Below are positions 1-8,924 of a stretch of DNA of 64,000 bases, in pieces. Location of the stretch: assembly GCA_963706325.1 (NCBI GenBank), contig CAVPLT010000007.1, positions 512,001 to 576,000 of the forward strand. The letters run 5' to 3'. The DNA comes from an uncultured Nitrospiraceae bacterium. GTDB taxonomy: Bacteria > Nitrospirota > Nitrospiria > Nitrospirales > Nitrospiraceae. Each line of letters begins with the position of its first letter. Within the stretch, counting starts at the first letter, position 1. The notes under the pieces were generated by a model. That model had not been told where the DNA came from and ran no database searches. It saw nothing but the letters and a program-made list of their open reading frames with translations. The translations under genes were made by a program, and so were the position numbers.

Positions 1-1
1 A

Positions 2-883
2 CATTTCATGGTGCCGTTCAATGAAAAACTCTGGCAGGTGCCTTTGGATGAGCTCACGTCAGAATGGGTGTCCTGGCTGGTGCCGAAGCCGGACGTAAAG
101 GATGTCATCAATGGCGCGTTGGGCATCAAGGACAAGGCATTCGGATACAACCCGTCATTCCTCTATCCTGCAAGCGGGGGAATCAGGATCCTGCCGGAAG
201 CATTTCTTCCGTCCATCGAGAACCTCTCCTACGATTCCGAGCTCGTGGAGATCGAGACGGGAAGACGGCGCGCGGTGTTCCGCAGTGCGTGCGGCGAGCG
301 CACGGAAGAATATGAACAACTCGTGTCAACGACTCCCTTGCCTGAATTGGTACGGTGCTGCGTTGACCTGCCGGCGTCAATGCGTGAATTGGCGTCCGCT
401 CTACGATGGGTGTCCGTGTCGAACGTTAACCTGGCCGTCGCGCGGGCACACATTTCCGACAAACACTGGATTTATTTTCCTGAACACCGGTACCCGTTCT
501 ACCGCGCCGGGTTTCCCATGAACTTTTCTCCTGCCATGGGCCGACCCGGCTGCAGTTCCCTCTATGTCGAAATCTCTCATCAGCCGACGGCACAGGAATC
601 AGATGCCTCGCTCATCGAGAGAGTGCGGGAAGGATTGGAACAGGCCGGTGTGCTCCGCCGCTCCGACGAGATGGTCATGGCCGATGTCAAAGATCTGTAC
701 TATGCTTATGTGCTCTTCGACCGGTATCGTGGCCGTGCTGTGAAAGAATTGCTGGTGGAGCTGGAGCGACGCGGCATCAGTTCCGTCGGGCGATATGGGC
801 TCTGGGAGCATACGTCGATGGAGGATGCGATCGCCCAGGGGCAGCAGGTCGCGGCTCGATTGCGGATGAAAGCCGCTGCCTGA
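2..883 (+). CDS. FAD-dependent oxidoreductase (protoporphyrinogen oxidase / UDP-galactopyranose mutase-like), 5'-partial
   Basis: Frame is open from the window edge (HFMVPFNEKLW). Contains FLYPASGG and a C-terminal GRYGLWEHTSMEDA motif typical of this family in polysaccharide clusters. Confidence 0.75.
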   Translation, partial: HFMVPFNEKLWQVPLDELTSEWVSWLVPKPDVKDVINGALGIKDKAFGYNPSFLYPASGGIRILPEAFLPSIENLSYDSELVEIETGRRRAVFRSACGERTEEYEQLVSTTPLPELVRCCVDLPASMRELASALRWVSVSNVNLAVARAHISDKHWIYFPEHRYPFYRAGFPMNFSPAMGRPGCSSLYVEISHQPTAQESDASLIERVREGLEQAGVLRRSDEMVMADVKDLYYAYVLFDRYRGRAVKELLVELERRGISSVGRYGLWEHTSMEDAIAQGQQVAARLRMKAAA

Positions 884-896
884 CCGCGAGAATCAT

Positions 897-2093
897 ATGC
901 AGGTGGTCTGTCACGTCATTACCACACTTGAATTGGGCGGCGCGCAGGAAGTCGCCATGCAAGTCGTGGCAAGTCTTGATCGGAGCCGATTCCAGCCGGT
1001 GTTGATCGCCGGACCCGGTGGCCTGTTGACTGAGGAGGCCTGTGCGCTGGATGGAGTCGATGTTCGTATTGTTCCCTCCCTCGTCCGCAAAATTCATCCG
1101 CTGAAAGACTTGCGCGCCTTCTGGGAATTAGTCGGGTTGTTTCGGCGCCTGCGTCCGAAGATTGTACACACCCATAGTTCAAAAGCTGGTATCCTAGGGC
1201 GGCTGGCGGCATGGTTCGCGGGTGTCCCCTGCATTTTGCACACGATTCATGGCTATGGTGTGACTCCTGCACAGCCCTTCTGGGTGAGACGCTCGTTTAT
1301 CGCGCTCGAACGAACGGTGGGTTGGGTCACTACGCATTGGATTGCGGTGTCGCACGCGGATCGACGTCAAGGAATCGAGTGGGGGATTTTCTCCGCTTCG
1401 AAGGTTTCGGTGGTGCGGCCAGGTATCGATCCGACGCCGTTCGAAGCCCGCATAGATACGGCGGGACGTCACCGCCTGCGAGCCGCGCTGGGAATCCGCC
1501 CGGATCAGCTGCTGGTGGGAACGATTTCGTGTTTGAAACCACAAAAATCTCCCGAAGATTTTGTCCGCGTGGCTGCGCGCGTCTGTCAGCGCCTTCCTAT
1601 GGCGAGATGTGTGCTGATCGGCGACGGCGCATTGCGGCCGCAGGTCGAAGAGTTGTTACGGGCGCAGGGGCTCCAAGAACGTGTCACTCTGCTGGGCTGG
1701 CGTCGTGATGTCGTGGCCCTCTTGAAGTCCTTCGACGTGTTCGTGCTGACTTCCCGGTGGGAAGGATTGCCCTGCGTGCTGCTACAGGCCAGAGCCAGCC
1801 GGGTTCCGATTGTAGCCACCCGCGTCGGTGGCGCCGGCGAAGCGATCGTTGAGCACGCGCATGGGACCCTCCATCGGCCCGGAGATGTTCAGGGTATGGC
1901 CGACCGCGTCTGTCATATTCTCGAAGACGAACGCTACCGCTCAGAGTTCTGGATGCGATCGAATGAGTTTCCGGAAGAGTTTACGATTCAAGAAACGGTC
2001 AAACAGTACCAGTTTTTGTACACCTATCTCCTGCATGCCATGCGCCCGATGGGAGGCGCCATGCGGCTGCAGACGACTCGATCAGGAGGTTGA
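897..2093 (+). CDS. Glycosyltransferase family 4 (GT-B)
   Basis: GGAQ N-terminal motif, HTHSSKAG, and SRWEGLPCVLLQA (the E-x7-E motif with the second Glu replaced by Gln). Confidence 0.92.
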   Translation: MQVVCHVITTLELGGAQEVAMQVVASLDRSRFQPVLIAGPGGLLTEEACALDGVDVRIVPSLVRKIHPLKDLRAFWELVGLFRRLRPKIVHTHSSKAGILGRLAAWFAGVPCILHTIHGYGVTPAQPFWVRRSFIALERTVGWVTTHWIAVSHADRRQGIEWGIFSASKVSVVRPGIDPTPFEARIDTAGRHRLRAALGIRPDQLLVGTISCLKPQKSPEDFVRVAARVCQRLPMARCVLIGDGALRPQVEELLRAQGLQERVTLLGWRRDVVALLKSFDVFVLTSRWEGLPCVLLQARASRVPIVATRVGGAGEAIVEHAHGTLHRPGDVQGMADRVCHILEDERYRSEFWMRSNEFPEEFTIQETVKQYQFLYTYLLHAMRPMGGAMRLQTTRSGG

Positions 2094-2105
2094 ACGGGAG
2101 GAACG

Positions 2106-3221
2106 ATGAACATTCCGCTGCTTGATCTGAAAACCCAATACCAATCGATGCGCAGCGAAATTCTGGCTGCGATTGAAGCCACCTGTGACGAACAGGGTTT
2201 TATTCTCGGTCCGCGCGTCGTGGCATTGGAGCAAGCAGTGGCGTCGTATGTCGGTAGTACTCATGCGGTTGGGGTGGCGTCCGGCAGTGATGCGCTCTTG
2301 CTGGCGCTCATGGCGTCGGGCGTGAAGGCCGGCGATGAAGTCGTAACCGTTCCGTTCACCTTTTTCGCAACAGCGGGGGCCATTTCCCGACTGGGAGCCA
2401 AACCAGTGTTCATTGATATCCGTCCCGATACATTTAATATGGATCCCGGGCTTCTTGAGCGGGCCATCACGGGACGGACCAAGGCGATTATCCCTGTGCA
2501 TCTGTTCGGTCAATGCGCCGATATGCAAGCGATCAATGAGATTGCGGGACGACGCAACGTCGCCGTCATCGAAGATGCCTGCCAGGCGATCGGCGCCGGA
2601 CGTCACGGGCGGCGAGCCGGTGCCTTGGGGGATCTGGCCTGCTTCAGCTTCTTCCCTTCAAAAAACCTGGGTGGGTTCGGCGATGCCGGTATGGTGACGA
2701 CCAACGATCAGGCGCTGGCTGAATCTATTGCCATGCTGCGGGTTCATGGGAGCCGGGTCCGTTACGTCCATGAAGCGATCGGCATCAACAGCCGCCTGGA
2801 CGCCCTGCAGGCCGCTGTCCTACTAGTCAAACTGAAGCGACTAGACCAGTGGGCGGAAGGGCGACGCCGGAATGCCTCGCGCTACGTGCAATTGTTCGCG
2901 GCGGAGAAGCTGGATCGTGTCGCAGTCCCCGTTCTAGATACCGGTAATTTCCATGTCTACAATCAGTTCACACTTCGTGTCGAGAAGCGTGACGAACTGC
3001 GAGCCTATTTGAAGGACCACGGAGTGGGCACAGAGGTGTATTATCCCCTGCCCCTGCACTTGCAAAATTGTTATCGGGATTTGGGCTATGTAAAGGGGAC
3101 ATTTCCGCACTCGGAACGTGCCGCCGAAGAGGTGCTTTCGATTCCCATCTATGCGGAATTGACGGATGAGCAGCTGCAGTATGTCGTGCAGTCCATTGCA
3201 GCGTTCTTCCGCAAACATTGA
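2106..3221 (+). CDS. DegT/DnrJ/EryC1/StrS family PLP-dependent sugar aminotransferase
   Basis: EDACQAIG and SFFPSKNLGGFGDAG (PLP lysine); GGAGG RBS upstream. Confidence 0.95.
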   Translation: MNIPLLDLKTQYQSMRSEILAAIEATCDEQGFILGPRVVALEQAVASYVGSTHAVGVASGSDALLLALMASGVKAGDEVVTVPFTFFATAGAISRLGAKPVFIDIRPDTFNMDPGLLERAITGRTKAIIPVHLFGQCADMQAINEIAGRRNVAVIEDACQAIGAGRHGRRAGALGDLACFSFFPSKNLGGFGDAGMVTTNDQALAESIAMLRVHGSRVRYVHEAIGINSRLDALQAAVLLVKLKRLDQWAEGRRRNASRYVQLFAAEKLDRVAVPVLDTGNFHVYNQFTLRVEKRDELRAYLKDHGVGTEVYYPLPLHLQNCYRDLGYVKGTFPHSERAAEEVLSIPIYAELTDEQLQYVVQSIAAFFRKH

Positions 3222-3623
3222 CGGTATGACTCGCCAGTGAACGTTTTCAACCTCTCCTGCGCAAATGAGTTCCGGACCAGTCCGGTGAGTGGCGCGACCT
3301 CGCCACGTGTAGTGCTGAGCATTTGGCGATCCAAAATTAACGGTGGCCTCTGCCAGGCGTGTATGGATAATTATTGTTTTTGCAATGGCAATCAGCAGTA
3401 GGCCATCCCAGGCGTGCATTGCGATGCGCCATCAGCCTCGGCAGATGCGAGCTGGACGCGAATGTCTATAAATCCGCTTCGTGCTCACGTCGGAATCTGC
3501 TAAAGTCCCTGAATATATTGATATGCTGTCGCTGCCCTTTCTCGCCATCCCGTAGGATTTCTGAGAAGGCTTCAAGAACATGCGAAATTAGACTATAGTA
3601 GCTGAGCACAAACGATAGAACTT

Positions 3624-5636
3624 GTGACAAACCCTCGCCCCACCACCGATTCACGTCCGCTCCGGATTGCCCTTATCGGCGCAGGCCGACACGCACAGCA
3701 TCACGCGCGCGCGATTTTGCGCTGTTCCGGGGTTCAGCTTGTGGCGGTGGCTGACCCGTCTGAGGCCGCGCAGGCGGCCATGCGCGATATCGTGCCGGGC
3801 ATCGGTTGTTTCAAAACGCCAGACGAGCTGTTCGCGTCCGAGCGGCTCAATGTAGTGCATATCATTACGCCACCCGTCACCCATGCGTCCCTTGCCAAGC
3901 TAGCTCTCAAGGCCGGCTGCCACATTTATGTTGAGAAGCCGTTCACCGAATCAGTGGACGACGCTCGGCAGATCCTCGACGACGCGAACGCTAAAGGGTT
4001 GCGGGTTTGCGCAGGCCACCAGTTGCTGTATGAGCCGCCCACTCGAGTGCTGAAGAACTATTTGCCCGCCATCGGACGAGTTGTCCATGTTGAAAGCTAT
4101 TTCTCCTTCCGAACTGTCCGCCATGCGCCGGGCGGTCGTAAGGTCCTTCGAGCCGACCATCAGCTCCTCGACATCCTGCCGCATCCCGTCTATCTGCTGT
4201 TGCAGGTGTTGGAGCAGGCTGGTGACGGACGCACTGAGCTGCTGTCGCTGGAGGTAAGTCATGCGGGCACGGTTCACGCCCTCGTGCGACGCGGGGGAGT
4301 CACTGGAACTCTGATTGTGACGCTGGAAGGACGTCCCGTTGAAAGTTATTTGCGAGTCATCGGGCGAAATGGATCACTCGTTGCCGATTACGTGAGGAGC
4401 ACCACCCAGCGTGCCATCGGCCCTGGTTCGTCCGGCATCGATAAGTTGTTTGCGCCCTATCGGCAGGCCTGGCAGCTACTGGGCGGCACGACCTCGGCCA
4501 TGGCTAGACGCTTTCTCAAGAGTCAACGGAGTTACCCGGGGTTGGCCGAACTCTTCTCCGCGTTCTACGAGTCAGCGCGTAGCGGCAGCCCGTCGCCCCT
4601 GTCTCCAGAGAGCTTGTTGGAAACGGTGCGCATCTGCGAGCGGGTGGCCCAAGCGCTCAAGATAGGAGAAGCCAAGGCATTGGCTGCAGCGGCCCCGACA
4701 CCCGTCAATAGCCGTGGTGTGCTGGTGACGGGTGGAACGGGGTTTTTGGGGAAGGAAATCGTGCGCGCCTTACTGTTGCGCGGTCGTGCTGTCCGTGTGG
4801 TAGCCCGACGCGAGCCCTCGCCATGGGAGCGGATAGCCGGAGCGGAATACGTGGTGGGCGATGTGGCGACCGGAGCAGCGGCACACGTATTCAAGGGCGT
4901 GGATACCGTGATTCATGCGGCGGCAGAAACCGCCGGTGGGTGGCCCGAGCATCAGCGTAATTCATTGGATGCGACGGAGTACATAGTTCGAGGGGCCGCA
5001 GCGGCGGGCATCCGGCACTTCGTTCACGTCAGCAGTCTGGCGGTGTTGGCGCAGGGAAACGGTCACGCCATCGGCGATGACCATCCCCTAGAGCCTGACA
5101 GTAAAGGGTCCGGGCCCTATGTCTGGGGCAAGCTCGAATCGGAACGGTTGGCGGTGCAATTGGGGAAGGAACTTGGCGTCTCCGTGAAGGTCATTCGTCC
5201 CGGTGCCCTGGTAGATTATCGCGACTTTGATCCACCGGGGCGTCTAGGCAAACGCTTGGGCAATATCTTTGTGGCGGTCGGGTCGTCGAATGATCGTCTC
5301 GGAGTCGTGGATGTGGGGTTTGCGGGGCGATTTCTGGGCTGGATGACGGATGCGTGGGACAATGTGCCGACCCCGTTGAATCTGCTGGATCCCGTTTCGC
5401 CGACCAAGCGGGAACTGTTGGATCGGCTCCGCCAGGCCAATCCAGACCTCACGGTGGTCTGGCTGCCCAGAATGGTGCTCCTACCGCTATCATGGCTGGC
5501 GACGTTGGCGCAAAAGCTGTTGCGTCCGGGCAAGCCGGCCATCGATGTGGCCAAAGTGTTCAGCGTATTGCCCTACGACACGTCTGCAATCGCCAAGCTT
5601 GCCTCCCAGATGGATCACTCTGCTGAGAAGCACTAA
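3624..5636 (+). CDS. Gfo/Idh/MocA oxidoreductase fused to an NAD-dependent epimerase/dehydratase (extended SDR)
   Basis: N-domain has IGAGRHA and YVEKP. C-domain has VTGGTGFLG, HVSS and YVWGK (YxxxK). Confidence 0.85.
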   Translation: MTNPRPTTDSRPLRIALIGAGRHAQHHARAILRCSGVQLVAVADPSEAAQAAMRDIVPGIGCFKTPDELFASERLNVVHIITPPVTHASLAKLALKAGCHIYVEKPFTESVDDARQILDDANAKGLRVCAGHQLLYEPPTRVLKNYLPAIGRVVHVESYFSFRTVRHAPGGRKVLRADHQLLDILPHPVYLLLQVLEQAGDGRTELLSLEVSHAGTVHALVRRGGVTGTLIVTLEGRPVESYLRVIGRNGSLVADYVRSTTQRAIGPGSSGIDKLFAPYRQAWQLLGGTTSAMARRFLKSQRSYPGLAELFSAFYESARSGSPSPLSPESLLETVRICERVAQALKIGEAKALAAAAPTPVNSRGVLVTGGTGFLGKEIVRALLLRGRAVRVVARREPSPWERIAGAEYVVGDVATGAAAHVFKGVDTVIHAAAETAGGWPEHQRNSLDATEYIVRGAAAAGIRHFVHVSSLAVLAQGNGHAIGDDHPLEPDSKGSGPYVWGKLESERLAVQLGKELGVSVKVIRPGALVDYRDFDPPGRLGKRLGNIFVAVGSSNDRLGVVDVGFAGRFLGWMTDAWDNVPTPLNLLDPVSPTKRELLDRLRQANPDLTVVWLPRMVLLPLSWLATLAQKLLRPGKPAIDVAKVFSVLPYDTSAIAKLASQMDHSAEKH

Positions 5637-5870
5637 CGTCGTCTTCATCCAGCCAGGTTGCATGGGTCCGGGAGGCTGCATTGCGATCTTCGCGTGAAGC
5701 TTACGATGTGACGGTATAAAGTAGTGAAACCAAAATGATATACTCGACTGCTAAAAAACAATTCATCCCGAGGTTGATTTGAACCGGCAGAGCGGGTAAG
5801 TCTACGCTGTATCCCACGAAGTGAGCCAGTCCGCCAACAACCATCCTCACCAGCGAAAAGTTGATTGATC

Positions 5871-7118
5871 ATGAATATTGGATCGAACGTGCGTCTTTTC
5901 ACCGTCAGCATGACCGTGCTGGGCGTCCTCTCTGGTTGTGCGGCGGACCATCGGTGGCGTTCGGCCATGGTGGACGGCGATCGTGCGTTGCGCTCAGGCG
6001 ACTACACGCATGCGGAAGAGTCATTTGTAGCCGCTCGCAAGGAGGCGGAAGTCCTCGATCCCCAAGGCAAGCGCCTGGCCGAAACATTGAGCCAACTGGG
6101 TCAAGTCAATCGCGAGTTAGGCCGATATCCGCGCGCGGAATCGCTCTTCCAGGAATCTCTCGCGATCAGGGAGCGTGTCTACGGGCCGGCTCATGCCGAG
6201 ACGGCTGCGAGCCTCACGGATTTGGGTGAACTCTATCGTCTACAAGGGCTCTATGCGCAGTCCGAGGCGCTCCATCAACGCGCCAAAGAGATTCGCGAAA
6301 AAGTGTTTGGCTCGGACCACAGCAAGACGGCGGAAAGTCTCAATAACATTGCCGTGGTGTATCAGGATCAGCACCGATTTGCCGATGCCGAACCGCTGCT
6401 GCAGAGGGCGCTCGCAATTCTCGAGAAGCAGCTGGGTCCGGAACATAGCCTCACAGCCATCACCCGCGATAATTTAGCGAAAATTTATCAAGCGCAGGGG
6501 CAACATGCTCGCGCGATGCCGCTTTACCAACGCGCACTAACGATTCACGAAAAGGCCTTTGGCCCCAACCATCCGATTGTTGCCAGAAATCTCGAAAATC
6601 TTGGAGATACCTATAGGGCACAGAACCAATACCCACAAGCTGAAGTGCTCTATCAACGCGCGGTGAAGATCTTTAGAAAATCGCTTGGAAACGATCATGT
6701 GGATACGGCTGAAGCCATGAGCCGTTTGGGGCAACTCTATGAATTGCAGGGCCTCTATTCCCAGGCGGAACCGCTTTATCAGCAGGCGATCGCCATTCGA
6801 GAAAAGCTGCAGGGTGCGGAGAATCCGCAGGTCGCCGGCGAATTGAAGAATCTGGCAGGGCTGTATGAATCGCAGAATCGGTTGGAGCAGTCCGAAGACC
6901 TCTATAAGCAGGCGCTGGGTATCTATGAACAGGCGGTAGGATATGATCGTGAAGCCTATGCTAAAACGTTAAAGAATTACGCCTCTCTCCTACGCCGGAA
7001 GCAACGCTCCGGCGAGGCCGAACGCCTCGAAGAGCGCGCCAAGGCAGTGTTGAAGCGATTGTCGTTGGAGACTCAAAGCCAGGGCAAAACTGCGGCTGAC
7101 ATACCGGCTGCTCCCTGA
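5871..7118 (+). CDS. Tetratricopeptide-repeat lipoprotein (kinesin-light-chain-like 42-aa TPRs)
   Basis: Lipobox LSGC; seven complete 42-aa repeats (e.g. TAESLNNIAVVYQDQHRFADAEPLLQRALAILEKQLGPEHSL) plus partial flanking repeats. Confidence 0.9.
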   Translation: MNIGSNVRLFTVSMTVLGVLSGCAADHRWRSAMVDGDRALRSGDYTHAEESFVAARKEAEVLDPQGKRLAETLSQLGQVNRELGRYPRAESLFQESLAIRERVYGPAHAETAASLTDLGELYRLQGLYAQSEALHQRAKEIREKVFGSDHSKTAESLNNIAVVYQDQHRFADAEPLLQRALAILEKQLGPEHSLTAITRDNLAKIYQAQGQHARAMPLYQRALTIHEKAFGPNHPIVARNLENLGDTYRAQNQYPQAEVLYQRAVKIFRKSLGNDHVDTAEAMSRLGQLYELQGLYSQAEPLYQQAIAIREKLQGAENPQVAGELKNLAGLYESQNRLEQSEDLYKQALGIYEQAVGYDREAYAKTLKNYASLLRRKQRSGEAERLEERAKAVLKRLSLETQSQGKTAADIPAAP

Positions 7119-7285
7119 GCCTAAAGGTTGTGTCTCATTTCCACCCTGCTAGTTCAAGGATTACATCTTTGGATATAACGTATTCAGACGCCGCCTGATC
7201 TTGCGTATGACGTTTTGAGTCGCAGAGCGCCATCTCCTACAGTGTGCCGCCATAGCGACTGTTTGATCCACACAGAGGGACCCCC

Positions 7286-8038
7286 ATGAATCGAACGGTA
7301 ATTGCGATGCTCGCCGTAATCGTTGTGGCCACCGGGGCCTGCACGAGCAAGCCTCCTAAGAAGCAGTTCCAGCGTCTAGCCGGGGAGTTTGTCTCACCCA
7401 TCCACATTACAAAGCCGGTCGATCAACAGAGCGCGGTCATCGGTATCACGATCACGAGCGCCACATGGGCACCCAATACAGAGGATCGATTGTATCTGGT
7501 GAAGGTGGAGAACGATCGAGATGTCTTTAGCGGCGCCAACCTCATTCCAACGAGCATCATGGCTCCGCTTCCAGGTGGAGGAGGAGGAGGTACGGTCTAT
7601 GTGCAGAATGTACCGCCGGGACGTTATGCGGCCGTTGCGTTTTCAACCTCGGAAAGAGGATTCGGCAAAGTGCGTGAGGTGACGCTGTTTCTTCTTCCGA
7701 AGGAGATGGTGAAACAGACCGAAACGACTGTGACCGCGGGCAGCATTAGTTTTATGGGGGCGTACGATATGGGACCCTCGACGATGGTCCTTCAGGAAAA
7801 AGCGACGGACGATGTTCAAACTCATTACTTTGAAGTGTTCTGGGGCAAGCCGCTGGTTCAAGTGATTGCCGATCTCCAGGTCATGGGCACGCCGGCTTAT
7901 TTCCCCGTTCATGCCGTCAGTTTGATCAAATCGAGCCGGGACGCCACTGCCGAAGAACGGTTCCTTGCCACTGCCAAGCATGAGCTGGAGCCGAGTTGGG
8001 CACCCGTGATCGAACGGCGCCGCACTGCAGCGAAGTGA
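7286..8038 (+). CDS. Hypothetical lipoprotein
   Basis: Hydrophobic signal ending TGAC; AGAGGG RBS; 250-aa ORF. Confidence 0.75.
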   Translation: MNRTVIAMLAVIVVATGACTSKPPKKQFQRLAGEFVSPIHITKPVDQQSAVIGITITSATWAPNTEDRLYLVKVENDRDVFSGANLIPTSIMAPLPGGGGGGTVYVQNVPPGRYAAVAFSTSERGFGKVREVTLFLLPKEMVKQTETTVTAGSISFMGAYDMGPSTMVLQEKATDDVQTHYFEVFWGKPLVQVIADLQVMGTPAYFPVHAVSLIKSSRDATAEERFLATAKHELEPSWAPVIERRRTAAK

Positions 8039-8146
8039 TACCCGTCCGTCTCTGTTAACCTGCAGTTTACCTCCTCCTAAGTGTCCTGTTACCTGGGACC
8101 CGTATTCTGATATCAACAGAGTCACTCTCAAACAGGAGGGGTACCC

Positions 8147-8547
8147 ATGAGCCTCGTACAAGTAGGGGATCAGATTGTTCGCTCCCGTCCGCGCCGTCCC
8201 GAGCTTTCTTCTCTTCACCGTGAATTACTCATGGCCCGCATTGAGTGGTTGTTCCAAGCTTCCACCGGGGCTTTCCGCAGCATATGCACAAGCAGCCTGA
8301 GGACGTCGTAGAACCGGGTTGTCTCTCTCAGCAATCCGATCTAGGCGAGCTGATCGCACAGCAAGCCTCCGCGAAACTTCAGCACATCCAGCGCGCTTTG
8401 GATCACATCTGGGACGCCTCCTATGGCATATGCCGCGAATGCAGGAATGAGATCCCGTACTCGCGATTAAGGTTTCAGCCTCAGGCAGTGCTGTGTATGG
8501 GTTGTATCGAGAAACGGCTCGAACACCTCTCTGCAGATGCGCTTTAA
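8147..8547 (+). CDS. TraR/DksA C4-type zinc finger protein, apparently frameshifted near 8250-8290
   Basis: C-terminal YGICRECRNEIPYSRLRFQPQAVLCMGC in frame 8245..8547. A strong AGGAGG RBS and ATG at 8147 open a different frame (54 aa, LHRELLMARIEWL, helix-like) that stops at 8311. Confidence 0.7.
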
Positions 8548-8924
8548 CTAGAACCAAGTTCGAGCGGACTCGGAATGCCGCTTGAATGCTGGCCGCATGG
8601 CCTATCATTCTTCACGTCGTCACTTCAGATGTTTCCGAACAATTCCGTCCTTTGTTATCCGCATTCTCCGGCACGATATATGACCCGGGAGGCTATTTTC
8701 AGCAACCGGGAGTTCGAGTGTGGATCAAGCGTGGACAGATGGACGTCAAGCTCTAGGGGCGGGATAGAACGACTGCGCGATAGACATGGTGAGCCTTTCA
8801 TCAAGGCGGCAACGATCGCTTCCACCGAACAGTACAGGAAGCAAGTGTGCCATCAGAGCTAGATGAAGGAGCGGCCAACAATGATGTGAGCGGATGGAGA
8901 GCGGCTCAACTTTGAATCAATCGG

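Noticed and set aside
3222..3623. Possible JUMPstart/ops element or riboswitch in the polysaccharide-cluster gap
   Set aside because: No GGCGGTAG ops motif or known riboswitch core; only a short imperfect hairpin near 3411-3430.
8575..8862. 95-aa ORF between the dksA-like gene and ppk1
   Set aside because: No RBS, motif or protein-like composition; cannot be supported.
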